This document shows, piece after piece, positions 17,452 through 27,101 of a stretch of DNA of 64,000 nucleotides; within the stretch, counting starts at the first letter, position 1, and every line of letters starts with the position of its first letter. The position numbers and the translations under genes were made by a program. This stretch comes from an uncultured Dehalococcoidia bacterium (GTDB lineage Bacteria > Chloroflexota > Dehalococcoidia > Lucifugimonadales > UBA3495). The stretch lies in the NCBI GenBank assembly GCA_964587795.1, contig CAZPMU010000006.1, positions 15,263 to 79,262 on the forward strand, read 5' to 3'. The notes under the pieces were generated by a model that did not search any database, had not been told where the DNA came from, and saw nothing but the letters and a program-made list of their open reading frames with translations.

Positions 17452-18246
17452 ATGCCATCGTTTTGGGAGAATCTAAGGTTCGGTGGTGACCGCGAATTCG
17501 ACGACATGCACGGCTACCAGGGCTTGGACATGGTTGCCTACATCAGCCATCCTGCCCCCAGCGAGGGCGTCAGTTGGCCCGCCGTCATCGTCATCCAGGA
17601 AATCTTCGGCGTAAATCAGCACATTCAGAAGGTGTGCGACCGCTTTGCCGCCAACGGCTACGTCGCCATTGCACCTTCCCTGTTCCACCGTGAACACCCC
17701 AACCCCAAGCTCGGTTATACCCCCGAAGACATGCAGTCCGGCATCAATTATATGTCGGTCATGCGGGACGAAGAAATCGTTACCGACATCAACGAGACGG
17801 TGAAATACCTTGCCGGCGGTCCCGGCGTCACCGGCTACAACCGCACCGCCGGACAGAAGATAGGGATCGTCGGCTATTGCGTTGGCGGCCGCATCACCTA
17901 CCTGGCAGCCACCAGCTGCCCCGGCCTGTCCGCCGCCGTGGCCTACTACCCCGGCCGGGTACTGGTCCCCTTCGGCGACGATAACCCCGCGCCCATAGAC
18001 CTGTCAGGCAACATCAGCATTCCCCTGATGGGCCAGTTCGGCGACCAGGACGGCAACCCGTCGCCGGCTGACGTGGAGACGATTGAAGCGAGGCTTGATG
18101 CAGCCGGCATCAGCTATGACTTCAAGATGTACGCCGGCGCAGGCCACGGCTTCAACTGCGACGAGCGCGACAGCTACCACGCCGAGGCCGCCGAAGACGC
18201 CTGGGCACGCACCCTGGGGTTCTTCGAACAGCACCTGAAGAGCTAG
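17452..18246 (+). CDS. Dienelactone hydrolase family protein
   Basis: The ATG at 17452 follows AGGAGGAGGG. Motifs: VIVIQEIFGVNQHIQKVCDRFAANGYVAIAPSLF, nucleophile elbow GYCVGG, C-terminal GAGHGF. Confidence 0.85.
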   Translation: MPSFWENLRFGGDREFDDMHGYQGLDMVAYISHPAPSEGVSWPAVIVIQEIFGVNQHIQKVCDRFAANGYVAIAPSLFHREHPNPKLGYTPEDMQSGINYMSVMRDEEIVTDINETVKYLAGGPGVTGYNRTAGQKIGIVGYCVGGRITYLAATSCPGLSAAVAYYPGRVLVPFGDDNPAPIDLSGNISIPLMGQFGDQDGNPSPADVETIEARLDAAGISYDFKMYAGAGHGFNCDERDSYHAEAAEDAWARTLGFFEQHLKS

Positions 18247-18263
18247 TAGCCATCACTAAGGGA

Positions 18264-18305
18264 CCCCTCCCTCTTGAAGGGAGAATATAAGGATGGGGGT
18301 GATGG
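18264..18305 (+). repeat. REP-like hairpin-plus-tail repeat, family 5 copy 2
   Basis: CCCCTCCCTCTTGAAGGGAGAATATAAGGATGGGGGTGATGG. Confidence 0.55.
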
Positions 18306-18418
18306 TTGGGACACTGTCCTCAACCGCTGCCCGCCAATGTACGAACGGAATAAGGCCCGGCTGGTTGGCAGCCGGGCCTTACTTTTTGGACTATCGCCAT
18401 TGGGCTTCGGCGGCCCCA

Positions 18419-18691
18419 TTACCGCCAGGCCAACTCCACCTCGGCTATAATGCCGTATTTGTCATACAACCGTTCCGCGATGTTAATGCGGAAGCCATCA
18501 TCCTCGGGGAAGGCGTTGCGGATGTGGACCCGCCATACATCCCGGTTCATATCGTCAATATCGGGAAAGGCGTCGTCGCAACGCACGCCGGGGTCGTACT
18601 CGTAAATCAACTCCTCCGGCGGCCGCTCCAGGTAATCGGCGATAAAAATCTGCACCGTGTCAATTATCTCAACGGGAGTGGGATCGGGCAT
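18419..18691 (-). CDS. Hypothetical acidic 90-aa protein downstream of higA
   Basis: The ATG at 18691 is preceded by AGGAGG. The product is MPDPTPVEIIDTVQIFIADYLERPPEELIYEYDPG... No motif recognised. The longer tracked ORF start at 18874 overlaps higA and is unlikely. Confidence 0.5.
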   Translation of the reverse strand: MPDPTPVEIIDTVQIFIADYLERPPEELIYEYDPGVRCDDAFPDIDDMNRDVWRVHIRNAFPEDDGFRINIAERLYDKYGIIAEVELAWR

Positions 18692-18782
18692 CCAACGCCT
18701 CCTGCCAGCCGGGTGGGCTGCCGGATGCCCGTTGTTTTCATTCCGGCTCTTATGTGGATGAAGCGGCATGACCGCCTGAGAC

Positions 18783-19091
18783 TCACTCCGGCAGGCTTTC
18801 TCCACCCCGGCGCAGGGTTTCCTGGTAGTCTTCTCCCAGACCGAGCCAGATGTAAGCACCAATTCCCAGGACATTCTCCAGCTTTTCCGCTATTTCCGGC
18901 ATAATCTCTCGCGCTCCCCGATAGATGGCTTCCAGGGTCTCCATTGACACACCGCAAATGCCGGCCATTTCCTGAGCCGAATTCCCCCGAAACTGCACCT
19001 CTTCCTTCAACCCCTCACCGGGCGGAATGGGCCAGTCGGAGTAGATTCGATTTCCTTTAGTCGTCAAATCGGTGTAGCTCTTCGCCACCAC
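18783..19091 (-). CDS. higA: HigA-type XRE-family HTH antitoxin
   Basis: PPGEGLKEEVQFRGNSAQEMAGICGVSMETLEAIYRGAREIMPEIAEKLENVLGIGAYIWLGLGEDY matches the HigA PGE.L.E...G.S...LA...GVS...L..I..G...IT.E.A..L...LG....WL.LQ..Y pattern. GTG start. Confidence 0.75.
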   Translation of the reverse strand: MVAKSYTDLTTKGNRIYSDWPIPPGEGLKEEVQFRGNSAQEMAGICGVSMETLEAIYRGAREIMPEIAEKLENVLGIGAYIWLGLGEDYQETLRRGGESLPE

Positions 19092-19098
19092 CGGACCC

Positions 19099-19170
19099 TC
19101 ATTCCCTGGTGGCCTCTTTGCGACTGGCGGAGCACCTCTCCAGCCGGCCAGTGGCGAACTCTACCTCCAT
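19099..19170 (-). pseudogene. HigB/RelE-family toxin remnant (23 codons)
   Basis: My translation is MEVEFATGRLERCSASRKEATRE followed by a stop. This matches the N-terminus of HigB-type killers (xEF.....LE+......+.A.+.fG). The ORF ends 8 nt before higA, so most of the toxin is missing. Confidence 0.55.
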
Positions 19171-19185
19171 CGGGAAGTAAAGGCC

Positions 19186-19749
19186 CTACACCCCGCTGGC
19201 CCCGAAACTCTCCCGGAACCGGTACAGTGTCATCTCCGGCTCAATGGGCGCCACGGGCATATACTCAGTTTCCTCAATTTTCGCCACTATGAACCAGGGG
19301 CCGTCCTGCTCCAGCGCCTCGCAGAATACCGCTTCCAGGTCTTCCAGATTATCAACCGTGGTGGTGCGGGGGATGCTGCAGCTCTGGGCCACCTGTTCCA
19401 GGTCGGTGCCGAAGGCCGTGTGGCTCGACTGGTGGCCCGTCTGCGCCCACTGCTCGTTATCCCACACCACCACCACCAGGTTCCTGGGCTGCTCCCGACC
19501 GATGGTGGCAATGGTCCCCAGGTTCATCAGCAGGGAACCGTCCCCGTCCAGCGACACCACCTTCTCGTTCGTGGAAACTGCCATGCCCAGGGCAATGGAC
19601 GAACACAACCCCATGTTCCCGTAAGTGTAGAAGTTCCGGTCCCGGTGCCCCGCGTGCCACAGTTCATCCGTGGTGGGTCCCAGGTTGCTTACGATGGGCA
19701 GGTCCCCAATGTGGCGCAGCAGCATTTGAGTAGCTTCGAACCTAAGCAA
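19186..19749 (-). CDS. TPP-dependent decarboxylase beta subunit (ComE-like), paralog 2
   Basis: GNMGLCSSIALGMAVS...SLDGDGSLLMNLGTIATI...WDNEQW. Overlaps the alpha gene by 8 nt. Confidence 0.75.
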   Translation of the reverse strand: MLRFEATQMLLRHIGDLPIVSNLGPTTDELWHAGHRDRNFYTYGNMGLCSSIALGMAVSTNEKVVSLDGDGSLLMNLGTIATIGREQPRNLVVVVWDNEQWAQTGHQSSHTAFGTDLEQVAQSCSIPRTTTVDNLEDLEAVFCEALEQDGPWFIVAKIEETEYMPVAPIEPEMTLYRFRESFGASGV

Positions 19750-20248
19750 GTTTGCCTCCGTGCAGCAGTTGGGTCATGCAGATAGCGACGGGCTGGCGGT
19801 TGGCGTGGCACAGCTTCAGCGCGCCATCTACTATCTTCTCCATGTTGTACTCGTCCTCCAGGGTGAAGTGCACCAGCCCGAAAGTGTCCAAAATGGGACG
19901 GGTGGCCCGTCCCATGGGCACCTGGGCAATGTTGAACTCCCCGGGTCCGCCCCGCAGGTTCAAAAAGATGGGGATGGGCGTGCGGGCCGGAATGCACAGG
20001 CTGGCAATGGCGTTAATGCTGTTGCCGAACCCGCTGGACTGCATAAAAACGGCGGAATTGCGTCCCGTGGCATAGCCTCCAACCGCCACGCCAATGGCTT
20101 CCTCTTCCCTCGTGGCCGAAACCAGGTGGAAATAAGGGTCCTCATCTATCAGGGTAGTAACCCGGTCTATGGAAATGTCGGGCACGTATGCCACCAGGGA
20201 TGTGTCCCACTTCTTCAGTGAGTCAACGATAATGTCGTTCCACGCCAT
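19742..20248 (-). CDS. TPP-dependent decarboxylase alpha subunit (ComD-like), paralog 2
   Basis: LVAYVPDISIDRV...SATREEEAIGVAVGGYATGRNSAVFMQSSGFGNSINAIASL. Confidence 0.75.
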   Translation of the reverse strand: MAWNDIIVDSLKKWDTSLVAYVPDISIDRVTTLIDEDPYFHLVSATREEEAIGVAVGGYATGRNSAVFMQSSGFGNSINAIASLCIPARTPIPIFLNLRGGPGEFNIAQVPMGRATRPILDTFGLVHFTLEDEYNMEKIVDGALKLCHANRQPVAICMTQLLHGGKLA

Positions 20249-20342
20249 AGCTGTTTAGTGTCTCCCGTGCCCCGATTTGTACCTGAAAAGGGCATTGCCT
20301 AAATTATCAGCAATACAGGGGAAAGTCAAAAATAGCTCCAAC

Positions 20343-20404
20343 CATGGATGGACAAGATGCACAGGATGATGGATGTGGAATTCCAGTAAAATCCTGTATA
20401 TCTT
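20343..20404. repeat. Palindromic intergenic element, family 1 copy B
   Basis: Arm CATGGATGGACAAGATGCACAGGAT (20343-20367) faces arm ATCCTGTATATCTTGTCCATCCAT (20381-20404). It lies in the divergent region between the ComD-like gene and the flavin reductase gene. Confidence 0.8.
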
Positions 20405-20446
20405 GTCCATCCATTTTAATGTTAATATCTGGAACAGCCTGAACCT

Positions 20447-21091
20447 TTGAGAGGTACCACCTTGCAGATAGACCCCAACACCTTTGAGCACAATTTCTAC
20501 CGCGTCCTCACCGGGGTGGTGGTCCCACGTCCCATCGCCTTTGTCTCCACCATCTCCACCGACGGCATCGTCAACCTGGCCCCCTACTCTTTCTTCAACG
20601 CCGTGGCGTCCGACCCGCCCACCATCGTTTTCTCCTCTTCCCGCCGCGCCGGTTCCAAGGCAAAAGATACCCTGACCAACGTGGAGGAAACGGGCGAGTT
20701 CGTGGTAAACGTGGTGGTGGATGACATCGCCGAGGCCATGAACAGGACCGCCGCCGAGTTCCCCGTGGAGGTCAACGAGTTCGATATCGCCGGCCTGACT
20801 GAAGCCCCTTCCGTGAAGGTGAAGGCCCCCCGGGTTGCCGAGTCCCCGGTCAACATGGAGTGCCGCCTGAAGCAGGTAGTAGATTTGGGCAGAGATCCCG
20901 AAACGGGCCACGGCCTGGTCATCGGCGAAGTTATCTACATGCACATCCGCGACGACCTGATAAACGGCCACCGCATCAACCACCAGTTGCTGAAGCCCAC
21001 CGGCCGCCTGGCCGGCAGCATGTACTGCCACACTGCCGATGTCTTTGAGATGGCACGGCCAGTCTACGAGGAACTGGAACAGAGGGTATAG
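20447..21091 (+). CDS. Flavin reductase-like FMN-binding (split-barrel) protein
   Basis: FYRVLTGVVVPRPIAFVSTISTDGIVNLAPYSFFNAVASDPPTIVFS. TTG start; the exact start is uncertain. Confidence 0.8.
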   Translation: MRGTTLQIDPNTFEHNFYRVLTGVVVPRPIAFVSTISTDGIVNLAPYSFFNAVASDPPTIVFSSSRRAGSKAKDTLTNVEETGEFVVNVVVDDIAEAMNRTAAEFPVEVNEFDIAGLTEAPSVKVKAPRVAESPVNMECRLKQVVDLGRDPETGHGLVIGEVIYMHIRDDLINGHRINHQLLKPTGRLAGSMYCHTADVFEMARPVYEELEQRV

Positions 21092-21130
21092 CTAAACCGG
21101 GGCCAGTTTAAGGGGGGATAGAAAGGAAGG

Positions 21131-21862
21131 TCAGTAGAAGCCCCGGCTCCCAGGCTCCTGGGGCTTCTCTTGCTCTTCAGATTCCGCCTCCGCGGCAGTC
21201 TCTCCGTCCTCCGGAAGCTCCGACAATTCCGCTACTGGCTGGTCCACCAGCGTGTCCTCTATCACCTCGGCGTTATCGGGCCCGCCGTCTTCCGGGAAAG
21301 ACTCCTCCGGCACGAGGTCCTCGGCCTGCGCGGTTTCAGGTTCCTTGTCGGCCTCGGCGTAGGCCATTTCCACTGGTTCGGCCTCAACCACCTCCGGCGG
21401 GTAGCGCCCGGTAAGCTGATAGGATATATCCTCCTCCGGGTGGGCGGCCCGGTAGGCATTCAGGGCCGACTCCAGCTGGTCGTAAAAGGTCTCCGGGTCT
21501 CTTACCCTGATGGACTGCCTGCGACCCTTGACGGGGCGGATGCGCAACTGGTCAATGGAGACGGGCGATCCCATCTCCACCACGGCTATGTTGCTGAAGT
21601 GGATGGTCTTCACCCGCGGCTTGCCGTAGGCCACGCACACCGCATCGTTATATACCATGTACTCCCTGGGGGTGAACAGCCACGTATAGGCCGTCACCGC
21701 CAGCCCCAGGACGATTATCATTTCCGGGTTCCCCGGCGGCGGCAGAATTCCTATTAGCCCGGCCAGCCCCCATCCCGCAATGCCCAAGGCCAGCACCAGG
21801 GTCAGGTTGAACGGCACCCGGTCCTTGGCTGCATACAGGGGCTGGTGTTGCGATTGCTCCAT
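21131..21862 (-). CDS. Membrane protein with bacterial PH-like domain and acidic C-terminal tail
   Basis: Two TM helices followed by a YdbS/YdbT-like PH region (VCVAYGKPRVKTIHFSNIAVVEMG...IRPVKGRRQSIRV). ATG at 21862 preferred over the upstream TTG at 21889. Confidence 0.6.
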   Translation of the reverse strand: MEQSQHQPLYAAKDRVPFNLTLVLALGIAGWGLAGLIGILPPPGNPEMIIVLGLAVTAYTWLFTPREYMVYNDAVCVAYGKPRVKTIHFSNIAVVEMGSPVSIDQLRIRPVKGRRQSIRVRDPETFYDQLESALNAYRAAHPEEDISYQLTGRYPPEVVEAEPVEMAYAEADKEPETAQAEDLVPEESFPEDGGPDNAEVIEDTLVDQPVAELSELPEDGETAAEAESEEQEKPQEPGSRGFY

Positions 21863-22198
21863 ATTTCTGTTCCCTTGCACCGGAGACAATGTAAAACCGC
21901 CAACCCGTTAACCGGTCAGCGGATTCCGAAGCGGCACCATTATATACCATACCGCCCGGCCTAGCTACCGGGCCTTTCCCCGGGTAGCCTTTCAGGCCCA
22001 GGGGAATAGGCTGGCCCCCGAATCCGTCATACCTGCAAAAGCCGGTATCCAGAAATCGTGCCTTACAATATGGCGCAATTGCGTTTACTTTCCTAGTTTC
22101 CGGCTTTCGCCGGAAAGGCGGCTCTAGGGACCGGTTTGTTCCCGCCTGCTAAAATTACCCCACGCCCACCCCATACCTGACAGGAGGTCTCTCCGCGG

Positions 22199-23380
22199 TT
22201 GGCCCTGCTTTCCCGCATCATCCTGTCTAACTTCCGCAACTTTGCGGAGCTGGACCTGGCCCTGCCCCCCGGCGTGGTGGTGCTGTGCGGGGCCAACGCT
22301 CAGGGCAAAACCTCCCTCCTGGAGGCCGTGTACCTATTGGCTATAGCCCGCTCCTTTCGCGCCGAAAACGAGCGCGAGGTGGTCAACTTCGCGGCCGCAC
22401 GGGAGGGTCAACAGGCCCTGGTGGGCGGCCTTCTGGAGAGGAACGATCAGCGCATCCAAGTGTACGTCGGCTATTCCTGCAGCAGCGCTCCTGCTGTCGA
22501 CGCCCTGGAGGCCAGCGGCAAGACGAGCCTGCACTACTCCGTCCGCAAGGAAATTCGCGTCAACCGAGTCCGGCGCACTGCCGCAGACCTGGTGGGTACC
22601 GTAGGCGCCGTCCTCTTCAACGCCGACGATATCCAGCTGGTCCAGGGTCCGCCGGCCCGCCGCCGCCGCTACCTGGACATCCTCGTCTCCCAGGCCGACC
22701 CCCTCTACCTCAAGACCCTCCAGCGCTACACCCAGGTGGTCCGCCAGCGCAACCGCCTGCTGCGCCTCCTGCGCGAGGGACGGGCCGACAATTCCGAGCT
22801 AGAGTTTTGGGACGACCGCCTGGTCCACGAAGGCGCCTGGTTGATCTGGCAACGCGCCCAGGCTTTGACCTTGCTGGCCGACCTGTGCGCAGACCACCAC
22901 CGGAACCTTAGCAACCCTGGCGAACTGCTCTCCCTGGAACACCTGCCCAGCGTTACCGTAGGCGAGGATGTGGACGCCACCGCAGGCCATTTCCGCCAGG
23001 CCCTGGCGGGCCAGCGCCCCCGGGAACTGGCCACCGGCGCCACCGCCGTGGGCCCACACCGCGACGATTTCCAGCTGCTGGTGGACGGCCTGGATATGGG
23101 TACATTCGCCTCCAGGGGACAGGCCCGCACCCTCGCCCTCACCCTGCGGCTGGCCGAGGCTTCCTACTTGGCCCAAGTGCGCCAGGACGAACCCGTGGTT
23201 CTCCTGGACGACGTTTTATCGGAAATGGACGAAGACCGCCGCCGCCGGGTGCTCGAAAAAGTCGCCGGTTACAGCCAGTCTCTCATTACCACCACCGACA
23301 TCGACCTGGTGCGCCCCTGCTTCGGAGCCAGCGCCACCTACCTGCGCGTTGCCGACGGCGCCGTAACCCCCCTGGAGTAA
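22199..23380 (+). CDS. recF: DNA replication and repair protein RecF
   Basis: ILSNFRNFAELDL, Walker A GANAQGKTSLLEAV, signature SRGQARTLAL, Walker B VVLLDDVLSEMD. TTG start with a CAGGAGG RBS. Confidence 0.93.
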   Translation: MALLSRIILSNFRNFAELDLALPPGVVVLCGANAQGKTSLLEAVYLLAIARSFRAENEREVVNFAAAREGQQALVGGLLERNDQRIQVYVGYSCSSAPAVDALEASGKTSLHYSVRKEIRVNRVRRTAADLVGTVGAVLFNADDIQLVQGPPARRRRYLDILVSQADPLYLKTLQRYTQVVRQRNRLLRLLREGRADNSELEFWDDRLVHEGAWLIWQRAQALTLLADLCADHHRNLSNPGELLSLEHLPSVTVGEDVDATAGHFRQALAGQRPRELATGATAVGPHRDDFQLLVDGLDMGTFASRGQARTLALTLRLAEASYLAQVRQDEPVVLLDDVLSEMDEDRRRRVLEKVAGYSQSLITTTDIDLVRPCFGASATYLRVADGAVTPLE

Positions 23381-23500
23381 TCCCACAAACCAGACCAGAC
23401 ACTTAAACACTCGAGTTTCGCGTCCCTAACAGCCATGTTCCCACCTCCGCCTTCCGCCAACACCTGTCCCCGATTGTTCACTGCAACGAGGCGGGGCTGG

Positions 23501-23548
23501 ACTCAGACTCTCTGAGTGCCACTGTGCCCTCAGAGTCTCCGTGTTGAA
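23501..23548. repeat. Hairpin repeat built from CTCTGAG/CTCAGAG-type units (possible family 3 relative)
   Basis: ACTCAGACTCTCTGAGTGCCACTGTGCCCTCAGAGTCTCCGTGTTGAAAG. It resembles the element at 61646-61706 in unit structure and the ...GTGTTGAAAG tail. Confidence 0.4.
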
Positions 23549-23716
23549 AGGAGGCTGCGCTGAGCAATGTAAACGGGACAACACAATCAGAACGTGATTG
23601 CCATGACCTTATCTTTTGCAATTTCCCCCTGCCTCATTTAATATATACCTTTAGGGGTGGAATGCTGGGCAAGGTACCGGCCCTTAAGTTGGTCGAATGA
23701 GGAAAAGAAATTGAGA

Positions 23717-25711
23717 ATGGGAAATAACCGGTGGCTCCGCAACAGTTTGGTTTACCTGTTGATAATCATCGGGGTGATCGTAATTTTCTATACCCTGATT
23801 CCGGCCTTCGGCACGCGAAACGATCTTCCCCTTACCGAAGTAATTGCCAAGGCCCAGAACCACGAAATCAGCGAAATTGTCGTTGAGGGGGATAAGCTTA
23901 CGGTCATCCCCATCGTTACCGGCGGCGCCGGCGGTTCCCAGTACACCAGCCGCATCAACGACCAGACCGACATAATGGACGTGCTGGCCGATAACGACGT
24001 GGAAACCGGTCCCGGCGGAGTGCAGGTAACCTTCAAGGGTTCCGGCGGCCTGGGCAGTTTCCTGGGCCTGCTCCTGAACTTCCTGCCCCTGATTTTCTTT
24101 GGCGGCCTGATCCTCTTTATGATGCGCCAGGCCCAGGGCAGCAACAATCAGACCCTTAGCTTTGGCCGCAGCCGCGCCCGCATGATGCCCTTCAACCGCC
24201 CCACCGTTACCTTCTCCGACGTGGCCGGTGTTGACGAGGCCAAGACCGAACTGGTTGAAGTGGTCGAGTTCCTCAAGTACCCTGAACGCTTCCTGTCTCT
24301 GGGCGCCCGCATTCCCAAGGGCGTGCTCCTTGTGGGCCAGCCCGGCACCGGCAAGACCCTACTGGCCCGGGCCGTGGCCGGCGAAGCGGGAGTGCCCTTC
24401 TTCCACATCAGCGGCAGCGAATTTGTTGAGATGTTCGTGGGCGTCGGCGCTGCCCGTGTCCGCGACCTCTTCGACCAGGCCAAGCGTAATGCTCCATGCA
24501 TCGTCTTCGTGGACGAGATTGACGCCGTCGGACGCCATCGTGGCGCCGGCCTGGGCGGAGGCCACGACGAACGGGAACAGACCCTGAACCAGATACTGGT
24601 GGAGATGGACGGCTTCGAAAGCAACACCAACATCATTGTTCTGGCTGCCACCAACCGCCCTGACATTCTCGACCCTGCTTTGCTCCGCCCCGGCCGCTTC
24701 GACCGGAGAGTGGTGCTGGACCTGCCCGACGTGGTAGGCCGCCAGGCCATCCTCAAGGTCCATTCCGCCGGCAAGCCCCTGGGCGCCGAGATCAACCTGG
24801 AAACCCTGGCCAAGGAAACTCCGGGATTCAGCGGCGCCGACCTGTCCAACCTGATTAACGAAGCGGCCCTGCTGGCGGCCCGTAAGAACCAGAAGACCAT
24901 CCACATGCCCGACTTTGAAGAGGCAGTGGAGCGCGTCATCGCCGGCCCCGAGCGCAAGAGCCGGGTCATTAGCACCCGCGAGAAGGAAATGACTGCCTAT
25001 CACGAGGCCGGCCACGCCTTGGTTGCCTGGGTCCTGCCCCACGCAGACCGTGTGCACAAGATTTCCATCATCTCCCGCGGCAATATGGGCGGTCACACCA
25101 CCTTGCTCCCGGATGAGGACCGTTACCTGTGGACCAAAAACCAGTTCCTGGACATGATGGCCGTCACCATGGGCGGACGGGTGGCGGAGGAGCAGATATT
25201 CGACGAGGTAACCACCGGGGCCAGCAACGACCTGGAACGGGCCACCAAGATCGCCCTCAGCATGATCAAGCGTTACGGCATGAGCAGTGCCCTTGGCCCC
25301 CGCACTTTCGGCAAGCGCGAGGAGTTGGTGTTCCTGGGGCGTGAAATCAACGAGGAGCGCGACTACGGAGACAAGGTGGCAGAGGAAATTGACCAGGAGG
25401 TCAAGGAACTGGTCAATAACGCCTACGTCCAAGCCTGCGACATTCTCACCGAACAGAAACCCAACCTGGTTCGTATCGCGGAATATCTCATCGAGCATGA
25501 GGCCGTTTCCGGCGACGACCTGAACCGCCTGTTCAACGGAGAGGAAATGGGCGGCAGTGAAGACCCGGGCACTCCGGCCGTGCCTCCGGATGCGCCTCCC
25601 TTCGCGCCCAAGCCAGCCCAGCCGAATGTGTCGCCCCAGCCGGCTCCAACTCTGTCCAGCCATCACGACCAGGATTTGGGCGCCATGCCTGGCAGCAGCG
25701 GCGACAATTAA
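23717..25711 (+). CDS. ftsH: ATP-dependent zinc metalloprotease FtsH
   Basis: Two TM segments, AAA Walker [15 protein letters not shown] region, HEAGHA zinc motif. Start at the ATG giving [17 protein letters not shown]. Confidence 0.97.
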   Translation: MGNNRWLRNSLVYLLIIIGVIVIFYTLIPAFGTRNDLPLTEVIAKAQNHEISEIVVEGDKLTVIPIVTGGAGGSQYTSRINDQTDIMDVLADNDVETGPGGVQVTFKGSGGLGSFLGLLLNFLPLIFFGGLILFMMRQAQGSNNQTLSFGRSRARMMPFNRPTVTFSDVAGVDEAKTELVEVVEFLKYPERFLSLGARIPKGVLLVGQPGTGKTLLARAVAGEAGVPFFHISGSEFVEMFVGVGAARVRDLFDQAKRNAPCIVFVDEIDAVGRHRGAGLGGGHDEREQTLNQILVEMDGFESNTNIIVLAATNRPDILDPALLRPGRFDRRVVLDLPDVVGRQAILKVHSAGKPLGAEINLETLAKETPGFSGADLSNLINEAALLAARKNQKTIHMPDFEEAVERVIAGPERKSRVISTREKEMTAYHEAGHALVAWVLPHADRVHKISIISRGNMGGHTTLLPDEDRYLWTKNQFLDMMAVTMGGRVAEEQIFDEVTTGASNDLERATKIALSMIKRYGMSSALGPRTFGKREELVFLGREINEERDYGDKVAEEIDQEVKELVNNAYVQACDILTEQKPNLVRIAEYLIEHEAVSGDDLNRLFNGEEMGGSEDPGTPAVPPDAPPFAPKPAQPNVSPQPAPTLSSHHDQDLGAMPGSSGDN

Positions 25712-25948
25712 CTGGAGAAGGCCGGCACGCCCTCCACTCACGATAAACGCACCAAGGGCCGGGGATTAACACCCCGGCCCTGCCATTTCATTACACCTGT
25801 ATTGTCCGGAAGAACCTCAGCCGACGTCCAGACCACCTGGGAGACCTATGTTGTGCGAAGCGTGATCAGCTTCATAGGCAGGCCCTTCAGCATTACCTGA
25901 CGCACCGGGCGAAAGGGATTTTGGCGCTTCCTGTTCTTCTATGCCGCG

Positions 25949-26407
25949 GTGGTAACCGTTGTGGCATTAGCTTCCCCCAACCGGCTATTGGTCAACGCAT
26001 GTGTCCTGGCATTAACCGTGCTCCTTGTGTTTGCCGCCGTGAGGAGACTGCGCGACGCCGGTATGTCGGGCTGGCTGGTAGTTCTTCAGCTGGTCCCCGT
26101 AGCAGGCGCTTTTGCCCTGATCGGCCTCCTTGCCAGGCCGAAAACTGGTGGGATTGGCAACGCCCCCGAAGCAAGTGCGGGTATAGTCCGTGGCGCCCTT
26201 CAAGGATGGCTGGAGATCGTCCGGTTCTGCTGGGCGGCGCTGGACTACCTGGCTCTGTTTATCCGGTGGACGGGGCAGGCGACGGACGGCCAGGTCACCC
26301 AATACTGCCGCAGGTGCCATTGCAGGATGTACCCGACAGGGGCTCTGTACTGCGACCGGTGCCTCCCTATCGTTCGCTGGGGAGACGATGAACACGCCAA
26401 TCCGTAG
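25949..26407 (+). CDS. DUF805-like membrane protein with C-terminal CxxC zinc-ribbon; possibly a pseudogene (see finding)
   Basis: RRLRDAGMSGWLVVLQLVP is the DUF805 signature. The family N-terminal motif (GR..R.EFW) lies upstream in the same frame, but an in-frame TGA at 25898-25900 interrupts it. Confidence 0.55.
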   Translation: MVTVVALASPNRLLVNACVLALTVLLVFAAVRRLRDAGMSGWLVVLQLVPVAGAFALIGLLARPKTGGIGNAPEASAGIVRGALQGWLEIVRFCWAALDYLALFIRWTGQATDGQVTQYCRRCHCRMYPTGALYCDRCLPIVRWGDDEHANP

Positions 26408-26470
26408 TCAGAACAAACCCTCGCCAGCATAGAGACGAGAGGTAACCGGACAGACGGGGCCGAATAGCCC

Positions 26471-26740
26471 TCAGCCTTCAACGTCCCCCTGTTCTCCTTC
26501 CAGTGGAAGCTGCCGGTAGTAAAGGCCCCAGTCCCTCATCAGGGCAGCCACCCGGTCGTCCCCGAGGTTGACCAGTTCCCGGAAAAACCCGGCCAGAGCA
26601 TGGGCCGGCGTCTTCGCCGGATCGCAAACCCAGCTTCGCTCTGCCGGCACAACGTAAAGCAGGCCACTCTGGTGGGGGCAGGTAACCTGTATTCGGGTCA
26701 TGTCCGCCCCTGGCTTGATGGTCATTCCGTTGTCCGCCAT
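26471..26740 (-). CDS. Hypothetical protein (about 90 aa)
   Basis: ORF only. I prefer the internal ATG (MADNGMTIKPG...) over the Arg-rich extension to 26833. Confidence 0.4.
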   Translation of the reverse strand: MADNGMTIKPGADMTRIQVTCPHQSGLLYVVPAERSWVCDPAKTPAHALAGFFRELVNLGDDRVAALMRDWGLYYRQLPLEGEQGDVEG

Positions 26741-27101
26741 TAACTTCTGTCCTCCCGTACCATCAAGTCGCGACAACCGCAGCAGCAGGCGCGGCAACCT
26801 ATGGTAGTCTCTTAGTGGTCTTCGGCCCTTCAATTATATGCTCCACCCAACCCTTCAAGCCAACAGGAAACTCCAGGCCCCACACCTATGGGTCAGGGTA
26901 TGCCCCCGTTCATCGTGGCCTCCTCCCGGGCCGGCGCCACGATGATGGTTAACACAATACTGGCCGAATTTGGGCAAAAGCGTCACGGCCTTGCCATTTA
27001 ATGGTAGAATCTAAAGATGTGATTTCGGGGCCCTGTGGGGCCAGATTCACAGCGACGGATGAAACCGCCGCAGCTTAGTAATATTTGGAAAGGAACCGCT
27101 T

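Noticed and set aside
22199-23380. recF lacking dnaA/dnaN/gyrB neighbours, and rplJL lacking rpoBC downstream, as possible rearrangement signals
   Set aside because: Such dispersal of these genes is common outside model organisms. Nothing in the sequence, such as IS elements or tRNA-flanked junctions, indicates a recent event.
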